Positions 22,212 to 31,894 of a stretch of DNA of 64,000 bases are shown here, one piece after another. The translations under genes were made by a program, and so were the position numbers. The stretch covers positions 258,664,001 to 258,728,000 of the forward strand of contig NC_067403.1 in assembly GCF_016432865.1 (NCBI RefSeq). The letters run 5' to 3'. Source of the DNA: Antechinus flavipes (taxonomy: Eukaryota). The notes beneath the pieces were generated by a model. The model had not been told where the DNA came from. It did not search any database and worked only from the letters and a program-made list of their open reading frames with translations. How positions within the stretch are numbered: the first letter of the stretch is position 1; every line of letters begins with the position of its first letter.

Positions 22212-24242
22212 ATGCAGCCTGATGTTGAGAAATGCACACCTCGGGCCAGAAAGCCAGATATGGCCCTTTATGTACCCAAAGCTCGAAGAGATTCAGTACT
22301 TCCTTTATCAAGTCATCAGGAAATGAATTATAGTCACCTGAATGCTATAGTGAAGCAAGGGCAAGAAGAAAGTCATGTGCCCTCGAAGAATGATGTCTTC
22401 AGAACTAGTTCTGAACTTCAGAGACCTATTAGTAATCCTAGCAGACAAGAGCACAAAGCTAGGGATGGAAAGAGACCTAATTCAAAATCAAAAAAAGGTA
22501 CATACTTCAAAGAAAGAAACAGAGGAAAATTCCATGCTCAAAAGGGAACTGCAGAGTCCAAAGAAATGTTCAACAAAAATCAACAAAAGATCCTAAATCC
22601 TAGTAGTTTTTCCAAAGTACCTTCACAAATACATTTTAAACCAAAGAAAGAAGAGAAATTTATGGATTCCAAAAGCAACGATATGACAGTATCACAAGGA
22701 CTACTTATTTCACAATCTAGTATGGAAACCTGTGAGACTCAGACTTCAAGTATACCATTCCAAAGTGTGAAATTATGTGATTTCAGAAAGGAAGAACTAA
22801 GTGGGACGAGTTATGCAGAAGGAGACTTGAAAAACAGTGTAAACGCTGATTGTAAGGTAGTAGAGATGGTGTCTACTTCTCAGTTTTCAGATGATCTGGT
22901 AGGTTGCAATTCTATTTTGAATCCTGACCATGTGCTAGCATCTAGCACAAAAGATGATGCACCCATGTGCTATGACCCTGATAATTTAAGTGACTTTGCT
23001 GATGAAATATTTACAGGTAGGGAACAGCAGAATGACAGTGACAACACTAACCAAGCATGTATGAGCATTACAGATGGCATATCTGATGAGACATGTGTGG
23101 GCAGCACCTCGACAATTGTGGGCGGAATCACTGAACAGGCTTGTAGCAACATCAATAGTTTGCTAGACTGTATGGGAGTAAGTACTTACTTAACCCCTCT
23201 TCTAGTAGCTAATAGCACGGAGTGTGAGAATGAAAATTCAAGCCGCTTGACAGTTTGTGCAGACAGTTACACTGAAGATAGTTCATCCAGTTATCAGGAG
23301 TCCATGGGAGGACTAACAAAGGACTTGTCAGAGTATACCTCTTTAATACCTATAAAGGAGGAAGCATCCAGCAATCATGGTTCCTGTTTAGACTCCGAAC
23401 TCTGTATGTTAAATAAGCCTGAATTGCTTTCCAGCAAGTCCTTGAACAGTAATCTGGATGGTGCAGATGACATCACAGAGTCTTTGAATAATCTAAGAAC
23501 TGGTGAAGAGTTCAAAACAATTGAGAATGATGCCCCTGGGAAAGTAGAATATACAGTATCTTCAGAACAACAATCAGAACTGAAAGCTCCTCATCCTTCC
23601 TCCAATGCTGAAAGTGCTTCTACAGAGGAAAGCTGGGAGTCTTTATTTAATGATGATGGAGACTGCCTGGATCCGCGACTTCTAGAAGAGTTATCGGGGA
23701 ATTCGAAGAACGGGAAGAGTCTCCAGGAACCTAGATTTGATTATTACAACTGTGAAGTTCCTGAGCTTGACATCAGCGATTGTGAACTTCCTCATGTCAT
23801 TGAAATCTATGACTTCCCTCAGGAATTTCGCACCGAAGACCTCCTACGAGTCTTTTGCAGCTATCAAAAGAAGGGATTTGCTATCAAATGGGTGGATGAC
23901 ACACATGCTCTAGGAGTGTTCTCCAGTCCAATTACAGCCCGCGACGCCCTGAGCAGTAAGCACATGATGGTGAAGATCCGGCCGCTCTCTCAGGCCACAA
24001 GAGCAGCCAAGGCCAAAGCAAGAGCTTGCGCTGAGTTTCTCCAGCCCGCCAAGCCTCGCCCTGAGACCTCGGCGGCCCTGGCCCGGCGGTTAGTGATCAA
24101 TGCTCTTGGGGTGAGGAGTCAGCGCACCAAAGCGGAGCGGGATGCCGAGCTCAAGAAACTGCAGGAAGCTCGTGAAAGAAAGCGGTTGGAAGCAAAGCAA
24201 AGGGAGGACATCTGGGAAGGCCGGGACCAGGCCGCTGTGTGA
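22212..24242 (+). CDS. R3HCC1L: Intronless, intact retrocopy of R3HCC1L (GIDRP88), 676 aa
   Basis: The N-terminus RARKPDMALYVPKARR and the C-terminus EESWESLFNDDGDCLDPRLL...PHVIEIYDFPQEFRTEDLLRVFCSYQKKGF...KWVDDTHALGVFSSPITARDAL...ERKRLEAKQREDIWEGRDQ match the R3HCC1L protein as I recall it. It is one continuous ORF across what are several coding exons in the parent gene. Kozak has A at -3. Confidence 0.95.
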   Translation: MQPDVEKCTPRARKPDMALYVPKARRDSVLPLSSHQEMNYSHLNAIVKQGQEESHVPSKNDVFRTSSELQRPISNPSRQEHKARDGKRPNSKSKKGTYFKERNRGKFHAQKGTAESKEMFNKNQQKILNPSSFSKVPSQIHFKPKKEEKFMDSKSNDMTVSQGLLISQSSMETCETQTSSIPFQSVKLCDFRKEELSGTSYAEGDLKNSVNADCKVVEMVSTSQFSDDLVGCNSILNPDHVLASSTKDDAPMCYDPDNLSDFADEIFTGREQQNDSDNTNQACMSITDGISDETCVGSTSTIVGGITEQACSNINSLLDCMGVSTYLTPLLVANSTECENENSSRLTVCADSYTEDSSSSYQESMGGLTKDLSEYTSLIPIKEEASSNHGSCLDSELCMLNKPELLSSKSLNSNLDGADDITESLNNLRTGEEFKTIENDAPGKVEYTVSSEQQSELKAPHPSSNAESASTEESWESLFNDDGDCLDPRLLEELSGNSKNGKSLQEPRFDYYNCEVPELDISDCELPHVIEIYDFPQEFRTEDLLRVFCSYQKKGFAIKWVDDTHALGVFSSPITARDALSSKHMMVKIRPLSQATRAAKAKARACAEFLQPAKPRPETSAALARRLVINALGVRSQRTKAERDAELKKLQEARERKRLEAKQREDIWEGRDQAAV

Positions 24243-24417
24243 ACATCATCCAGAGAAAGAGATAATTTCACGGATTCAGAAGGCTCCAGGCTAAAAGACC
24301 TTACTGAGTTTCCTTTGTTTGTGAGCAAGGCAGAGACTATGGGAACAGAGAAAAAGTAATATGCTCCATCGGTCAGCTCGGCTTTCTGGATTTGGAAGGA
24401 ACTTATGTTCTAAAAGT

Positions 24418-24434
24418 GAGGGGAGAGGGAGAAG
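24418..24434 (+). other. Polypurine tract at the left edge of repeat X'
   Basis: 17 purines (gaggggagagggagaag) followed by TG. Its function as a PPT is inferred. Confidence 0.45.
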
Positions 24435-24476
24435 TGTACAAGGTACATACAAAATAGATTTTAAAAATTAATCCTG

Positions 24477-24639
24477 TATACTGTAACCTATTCAACATGT
24501 AAAGGATTGCTTGCCATCTGGGGGAGGGGTGGAGGGAGGGAGGGGAAAAATCGGAACAGAAGTGAATGCAAGGGATAATGTTGTAAAAAAAAAAAAAACT
24601 ACCCTGGCATGAGTTCTATCAATAAAAAGTTATTAAAAA
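24477..24639 (+). mobile_element. Short 5'-truncated L1 3' end inside X'
   Basis: L1 3' UTR with G-rich tract and A tail. TSD aaaaa(t/g)taatcctg at 24463-24476 and 24640-24653. Absent from X. Confidence 0.88.
24621..24626 (+). terminator. AATAAA from the L1 insert, candidate poly(A) signal for the retrocopy
   Basis: Sense-strand AATAAA followed by an A-run, ~380 nt after the stop codon. Confidence 0.45.
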
Positions 24640-25114
24640 AAAAAGTAATCCTGGAGAGGGAGCCTCCTTTAGAAAGAGGGATGTAAGTCAAGTTCCTGAA
24701 GAGGAAGAAGGTATAAGAAAGACTAGAAAGGTAGGAAGGAGCCAAGTCATCAAGGATTTCAGATGCCAAACAGAATTTTATATTAGATGCTTCAGGTTTA
24801 GGGACTCACTGGAATGTATGGAATGTAGGCAATGAGGTGTGTCACATGGTCTACCTGTATTTTAAGAAGATCCATTGGAAAGCTGAGTAGAGGATGGACC
24901 TGTTAAATAACCCTGCAAGCACATGACCTTTAATTATTTAGGGAGTTATGGAATTTTATTGAACGGTCTCCCAAGAGCAGTTTAGAACAAAATGTTGAAG
25001 TTTGGAAGGGACCCCAAAAGGTTGGGATCATAGACCAAAGGGTGTTGCGAGGCATCTCCAATGAATTTTCAGCCTTGTCAAGGGACAAAGTTTATTGTAA
25101 ATGCCAATAGAAGC

Positions 25115-25840
25115 TGTTGGAATCTTTATAAAGTGTTAAGTCATTAGAATTGACAGAGACAATAATTCTCTAATTTAGCATGGTTCAGTATGATTGATCT
25201 GATCCTACAAGGAGATGTTATGGCCAGAACTTGAAACAAAGTACTAAGTGGAATTGATGGAAGCAATGCTTGTGTGCTTGGGTTTGTACCTTTAAGAGTT
25301 TATACATTAGAGCTCACACATTAGAGCTTACACATTAGAGTTCACAAGTACGGGAGATACACAAAGTTAAATTTGTAACTTTGTGAAGTCACACCTCCCA
25401 TAATCCCACTCTGGGAGGAAGAGTCGACCTTTGAGAGAGCATAAAAACAGCTGAGCTCAGTCAGCAGAGTTCAGTTGAAAAGATTGAGAGGGGAGCGTCA
25501 GTCAGTTCAGAAGAAGTCACGAGTCGGAGTTGAGCTAGAGCCAGGAGTCACTTTGGAAGATTGACAGAGCGAGAGTTCAGTTTGGGAGACTGAGAAGCTA
25601 ATCGGCAGTTGGGCAGAACCAAGATTCAGAGAGAGGCTGAGCTAGCAACAAGAGCTCCTGGAACCAAAGAAAGCTAACTGAGCTATTTTGGGAGAAACAA
25701 TAAAGAACTACTTTAACACCTGGCTGCATTTGGAGTGATGATTACGTTGAACTGAAACTAAGGTTGCTCCAGAGAACCTCCCCAAGAAACCTGCTCCCAG
25801 AGAGAACCATCAAATATATTATACAAAAGAGAACACCACA
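25115..25840 (+). mobile_element. Solo LTR (ERV2/ERVK-like by TSD length)
   Basis: TG...CA termini and a 6-bp TSD agaagc/tgaagc. The empty site in unit 1 reads aat-tgaagc-agtc (~9124). Contains a TATA-like cataaaa and AATAAA. Confidence 0.88.
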
Positions 25841-26494
25841 TGAAGCAGTCTAAATTTCAGGAAAATTTAGCAAAGAAACGGGAGGAGACAAATTTATAAA
25901 TTTTATCATATTATTGATATGCTAACCTAATGGCCTAAGGGTAGAACCAAGGAGTGGTCTCAAGAATTTGATTATCACTGACCAGCAGACCTGTGACTAT
26001 CCTAAAGCCAGAAGACTTTAGAATCATTGGCAGATTAAATTGTTAGAACAATAGTATTTTTAGATCAGAGGGCCTCAGGATCAGATTCCAGAGCCAAAAG
26101 ATTTAAAGTAATCAACAGATTGTTAGAACAGAAGTCAGGGGACCTTAAAATTATTGATGTCTCCCCTAGAAATTATATTACATCAAAAGGAAGTATCAAT
26201 ATTGCTCAATTCTTCATGATTTTCATTTTTTCTTCCTGTAGTTATATTTAGGCAAAAAGTCCAGAGAAATAGAACTTCAGTCAGCTCTTCTGCATACTAG
26301 AGACTAAACAAAATAGCACTTTAAATGGGTGGAAATTTTGACCAAAACTATTTTGTATTGTTACAAATTGCTACAAATTGTTCTAAAAATTACATTTATT
26401 TGATAAGACTAAAAGAATTAGTAAAATTAGGAGGAAAAAGAATTCTCTTAGGCTGACAACATAGACCTTAGCTACAAAAATGGTGTTAAGTTCT

Positions 26495-26845
26495 TGTTGA
26501 GGGCTGGAAATCTATGCTTGAAACAAGGTGTTAACTCAGTGGAATTGATGAGGTGATGGTTCTCTAGTTCATATATAAACTTAGTGCTTAGCATGGTGAT
26601 GTAATGGTTCTCTACACATATTCAGCATGCTGTAATGATATAATTGTACAAAGGTATATAAGGGCTGAGGAATGGAAATGAGACATTCCTGGTGGCTTTC
26701 CTGCCTCCTATACGCCTCCACTAAGGCCAAGACTGGGCCAGAAGAAAGATTCTAGACTCTATTGTAGACCATTCTCGTGGTGTCTATCCTGCTGAAGTGA
26801 AGGCCCATCCAAAGGACCTCCAGAAAGCTAGCCCAGACATTAGAA
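26495..26845 (+). mobile_element. Solo LTR
   Basis: Begins tgttgagggctgg..cttgaaacaaggtgttaactca like the other LTRs. Contains tatataag and ends agcccagacattaga. No TSD found. Confidence 0.75.
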
Positions 26846-29043
26846 TGATATTTCTTCAAAAAGGAAAGTATAAATTAACCAAGCTATCAGATACTGTTTT
26901 CTATCCTTATCTACCCAGCCCATACATTGAGAGCATGTCTCAGAGTCAGCAAAAGTATAACTTTGTTTAAATTTGAACTTATGTGTTACTTCCCCATTTG
27001 TTGTAGCTTTTGTGCTTAGAATTTAAGGCCACGTTCTCAGCCAATGAGGATGAACCAACAGGGAGAGGATGGTGTTGCTGGGAATATATCTATATATTGT
27101 CTATGCTGCCTATGCTGGGAGCCTCATTTTCACTTCTTATTCGCTAGGAATGACACCCATTTCTCATGAGAAATTAATAAAACTTTTTCTTTACACTTTG
27201 AGAGATCTCTGAAATTTATTGAACGGGTTATGCACCACACAGTTGTATACTTAAAAGAGGAGGCAGATAAAATCTTGACTTTGATATGTCCTATAGAACA
27301 ATTTAGAAATTCAGCTTGATTTAATGCAGGGTTCGAGAAATGAATGGACATTTGTTTTCCACAGGTATGAAAATTAAATTGAAGAAATGAAATTTAAATT
27401 AGAAAACTGAAACCCATAAGGACATCAAGAAATAATCAAGGGTAAAATTTATCTTGCCCCCAAAGAATGTAAGCTCCTTGGGGGCAGGCCCAGCCTTTTG
27501 TAATCATATTTCTGTGGCCTGAGATTTGAAGAGAATCTTTTGTTCTTTGCCCTTAGCCCTTCTTTGTTATCTTTCCCTCCCTCTAGAATGGAAGCTCCTT
27601 GGGAGGAGGGATTGACTGTGTAATGAGAGGTAGAGATTCTTGACATGTAACTGCTGTAACATTCAATTGATGGGGAATCAGGAGAGAGATTCGTACTTCA
27701 GGATAGGAAATAAAATGCTGCCCTTGAAGTCTCAAATGTGTTTATTCAACACATTCTTGTAAGAATGTAAAATAAATCTTTCCTGCATTCATCAGTGACT
27801 TCCCCAGAATCACACAGCTAGTAAACATCAATGTCCAGTTTTGAACTCACCTCTTTCAGACTCCAGATTTGGAGCTCTATCCTCTCCACTACTTTTCTTT
27901 CTTTTTTTTGACATTCTGGTTTACCTGCCAATTTTTATCTTAGAGGCAAACTAGCAGGGTCTCTTTTCCTATATATTTTTCCTAAACAGATTATTTAATA
28001 TTAAAATAGTTGCAAGAATTTCACAAAAGTAATTTTTTAGTTGATCTGATTTCATTTTCCCCACTTTAGGAGCTCCTACATTTAATATACATACATATTC
28101 ATACCCACAATATCAATAGGAAAGAATCTCAGAGGGAAATCATTAGCAATGGAGGAGGTCAGGAAAAATGTCTAGAAGAAAAAAGGATCTGAGCAATTGG
28201 AGGAAGCCAGGAGGCAGAGGTTTGGGAGAGAAAATTCCAGAGCTGGGGAAACACAGGGAAAAAGTCTACGGGAAATGGAATGTCCCATATCACTGGCGAG
28301 TATAGCTGGTAGGAAAAGGTCAGCTTGGGAAGGGCTTTATAAGTGGATGATTGTTCGGTGTGATGGGAAGTCACTGGAGTTTATTGAGGGAGGGGGAAGA
28401 AGGACATGACATGAGCTGATCTGTACTTTAAGAAGTTCAAGTTGGCATCTGAATAGAGGAGAGATCCCAAGGACCAAGTAGAAGGCTATTGCAATTGCCC
28501 AATGTGATGGGATGTGGGCACCAGGTGGCAGCTAGGTGGGGGGAAAGAATGGGATTATACAATGAAGGAAATAATCCCTTGGCAACACATTGGAGATGGG
28601 AGGTGGATGTGAGTGAAGAAGGGGGATACCAAGGTCATTTGTAGCCTGGGTCACTAATCATGATGATGGCACTGGGTTGAACATCTTAGAAATATTGTCT
28701 CCTTTGACCTCCCAATAATACTGTGAGATAGGTGATTGTCTTTTATTTACATTTTGGAAAACTGACAAATATATCAAGCATCCATGGCTAGGAAGTGTCT
28801 GAGACTGGATTTGAACCCAGTTATTCCTAACTCCAGACCCAGTGAGGTCATCAGAGGACAGTTCCTTGTACTTAAAAAGGAAAACACTTTTTTGGCAACT
28901 ACAAAAGTGCTCAGATGGAAAATGAAATATTATAAAATTATCAACCCTTTATTCTCTCCAGGACACAGAAGAAGCATCATTATAGCAAGAGGATTGGCTA
29001 AGAGGTTCCATGGAGTTAATTACTTTACAAAAAGCCAAGGACT

Positions 29044-29172
29044 GGGGCAGCTAGATGGTTCAGAGGAGAGAGCACTGACCTGGGGTCAGCAGGATCTGAG
29101 TTTAAATCTGACCTCAGACATTTAATACTTACTAGCTACGTGATTCTGGGAAAATCACTTAATCTCAATTGC
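29044..29172 (+). mobile_element. Short tRNA-derived marsupial SINE (WSINE1/MAR1-like)
   Basis: ggggcagctagatgg head and gagtttaaatctgacctcagacac core. Confidence 0.75.
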
Positions 29173-29389
29173 TGGGGGGGTGGGGGATGGAACTAAGGAT
29201 TAAAACAAATGTTCTGTCCTCTCTAAAGGATCTCCATCCTTTGGAAATTATTCATGCCTCAGTTACACACATTGTAGATCCAGGATCATGGGAATTCTGT
29301 GTTGGGACCAAAGGTCATCGAGAGGGAGTTTCCCGGCTCCCTCTAGTTCTCTCTTAGCTTATCCTCATCTCTTGGTACGTTCTTCATGT

Positions 29390-30086
29390 GTGGCACTTGC
29401 TTTTGTCATTCTCTCCCTCCCATGTGGACTGATGTGCACACCATCTTTCATACAGTGACTGACTTTCAGCATATATCAGCACCATCCCCTCCCCTTGACT
29501 TTGTGGTTGTGAATACTAACATCTCTACCCCCTCTCAGATCCCATTACATCACTACCACAGGGCCCTTCATCATGGTGGGGCCAGTATCCTAGCAGCTAT
29601 GGGAATAGGAACAGGAGGCCTGATATCCTCAAATGAGGTTTTCAGGAATCTATCCTGGCAGATGACAGACATGAAAGATTAGAGAGCTGAATGGTAAAAT
29701 CAACTCCCTGGCCAAAGTAATTTTGCAAAATTGGGGGGTACTTGCCGCCCTCTTTGCTTCTGAAGGGAGTGTATATTTTTCTTAAGTAGGAACATTTCTT
29801 TAATATCAACAAATCCCAACAAATCCAGGATAACATAGGTTCTTTTTGCATACATATCACTCAGCTGTGGGAGCAGGCTACTGGAAACCAGTGGATTGGT
29901 GTCTTTACCTCTCTTTCCCCAAGGGTGGGAGATCTCATTCTATCTAGCCTATCTTGGGGCTCTCCTAGGCACAACTTTGACTTATAAATGCTTTACCCTC
30001 TTAGGGAACAAAATAACACTTTCTGTGGGTGTTTCCCCTTGGTCTTGGAGAAATACCCCAGCTGTTTTCCTGACCAAAGGAGGGAA
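29390..30086 (+). pseudogene. Degenerate ERV env (SU/TM junction and TM ectodomain)
   Basis: HYHR/A cleavage-like site, fusion peptide (ILAAMGIGTGGL), heptad (FRNLSWQM), ISD-like KINSLAKVILQNWGVLAALFASEG at 29696, then FFNINKS..IQDNI. Stops and frameshifts are present. Confidence 0.75.
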
Positions 30087-30688
30087 TGTGCAAATGGAGT
30101 AATTAATGATTTTACTAACCAGCTTAATTTTCTTGAGCTCCCTCACCATCCAGAGGAGGTCAGACTGACCTGGATGTCAGAACTAGCTGATCAGGAAGTA
30201 TCCCCCAAGCTTGACATACAGAGATCCTTGGCCATATTCATCCCCTCATCCTGTGCTGATGACCACAGAACTGATTTAAGATGGTTCATACCAACTCATG
30301 AAGTGAATTTGCACAAGCATCCTAGTTCTGGGATCTTAGAGACTTTTTATTCTGACTTTCTTTCCTGGTCTATGTAGGCATCTCAGAATCTGTATGAAAT
30401 GGCCCCTCTCTGGAAAAGGAAAATAAACCCAAGAAATTGTGTCAGCCCGATTGGACCATTCCACCACCCTCCCCTCCCAGATTTCTGTTGTTTTTATAAT
30501 CCTTGTCACTTAAACCCCAGATGGGCTCATTCAGACTATAGCTCCACATGTATGCTGCTAGCTTGAGAGAAGGAAAGCATACATGAAATCTAATTCTGTT
30601 CTTCCTTAGGCCAAATTCTGGAATTAATAAAAGTTCTTTTGGCACTTGTCATTGTCTTGGCCACTTGTCTTGGCACTTTGTCACCACA
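30087..30688 (+). mobile_element. 3' LTR of the env-bearing ERV remnant
   Basis: PPT aaaggagggaa (30076-30086) directly before TG, AATAAA near 30626, ends ...accaCA. Confidence 0.7.
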
Positions 30689-31894
30689 TGGCTATAAAAC
30701 AAAAAGGAAACATTAATGTATGGATAATCTTTTTCTTTTAAAATTCTAAGAATATATTGGGATTTAGAAATCAAAATCTTACCATTAGGGTTTTATAAAT
30801 CTGTATTTGATTTGATATAAGTAAAAATCTGTCCTGAAGGAAATTGGAATGGAGTCTGACTGTGTGTTCCATTATCAGAAATAATATGTTAAATTACAAC
30901 CTAACAGTAAAAGCTACTTATTATCTGGCATTAGGAAATTTACTAGCAGTAGGGCCCTCCAAAAGTTCTATTTATCTCAGTTTACTGTTCTGTGTGGAGA
31001 TAGTAATAGAACCCATTTCACAGGGTTGCTTCGAGGATCACATGATTATAAAGTGCTTAGCCTAGGGTAAAGAGTAAGTAGTGGATCCCATAATATAAAA
31101 AACTTATAATAACTAACCTTAATTTCATAACCTTTAGGTAAGATAGATAAGATAAAATTCTATGTGTTAAATATTATATTGTTGTTACATTGTTTGTTGT
31201 TATAGTATATAGTGTTGTTGTAGTTTGCTATATTGATTATTATATTGTTGCCCTGAATCTTACTATCTGGGTTAGGGAGCCTCCAGCAAGCTAGGGGGCT
31301 CCAAAGTGCACAGGGCATTGGACCCGAGTCAGAAAGATCTGAGTTCAAATCTAGACTCAGACACTTACTTGCTTTGGGATCCTGGGCCATTCAGTGAACC
31401 TCTGTCTGCCTCAGTTTCCTCAGATGTCAAATGGATATCCTGAGAACACCTACTTCCCACGTACATTAAATGACATATTTGTAAAGCACTTAGTACAGTG
31501 CCTGGTATCTTCTTTTTCTGTCATCTGACTCTCTGTGACTCCTGGAGTGTTTTGCCATTTCTTTTGATAGCTCATTTTACAGACGAGAAAACTGAGACAT
31601 AGAGAAGTTGCTCAGGATCATACAGCTGGTAATTGTGTCAGGCCAGATCTGACCTCAGTTCTTTCCATTCAAGGCCCTCCAGCTCTATCCTCTGCACCGC
31701 CCAGCTGTTTGGTCTATAATAGGGAAGTCATATATTCTTATTCATAACTTAGATTTCAGAATCTAGCCTCTACGTAAGAATGAAAGGAGGGATTCTGGTT
31801 TTTTTCTCCCAGGAAGGTGGGAGGGGGGTAAAACTGAGTCTGGGGCAGGGGGCTCATTTCAACGTTCCTGTGTCTGAATGTCTTGTTCTTAACT

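Larger units (their letters stand above)
21360..24905 (+). mobile_element. Composite LTR/R3HCC1L cassette inserted in unit 2 only
   Basis: Absent at the equivalent site of unit 1 (gggacactgacctgcaagc, ~8903). Starts at an LTR 5' end (tgttgg, as at 25115). Imperfect 6-bp flank match (aataga / aataac). Confidence 0.8.
24428..24905 (+). repeat. Direct repeat X', downstream copy, interrupted by a short L1
   Basis: Matches 21469-21768. Confidence 0.9.
11930..26480. repeat. Segmental duplication unit 2, longer because of four later insertions
   Basis: Collinear with 1-9730 once 12979-13241, 18988-19354, 21360-24905 and 25115-25840 are removed. Confidence 0.9.

Noticed and set aside
29044-29172. 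tRNA gene
   Set aside because: It is a tRNA-derived SINE head with several related copies in the window, not a cloverleaf gene.
29988-30377. 129-aa ORF after env
   Set aside because: It spans the PPT and U3 of the LTR and has no recognisable motif.
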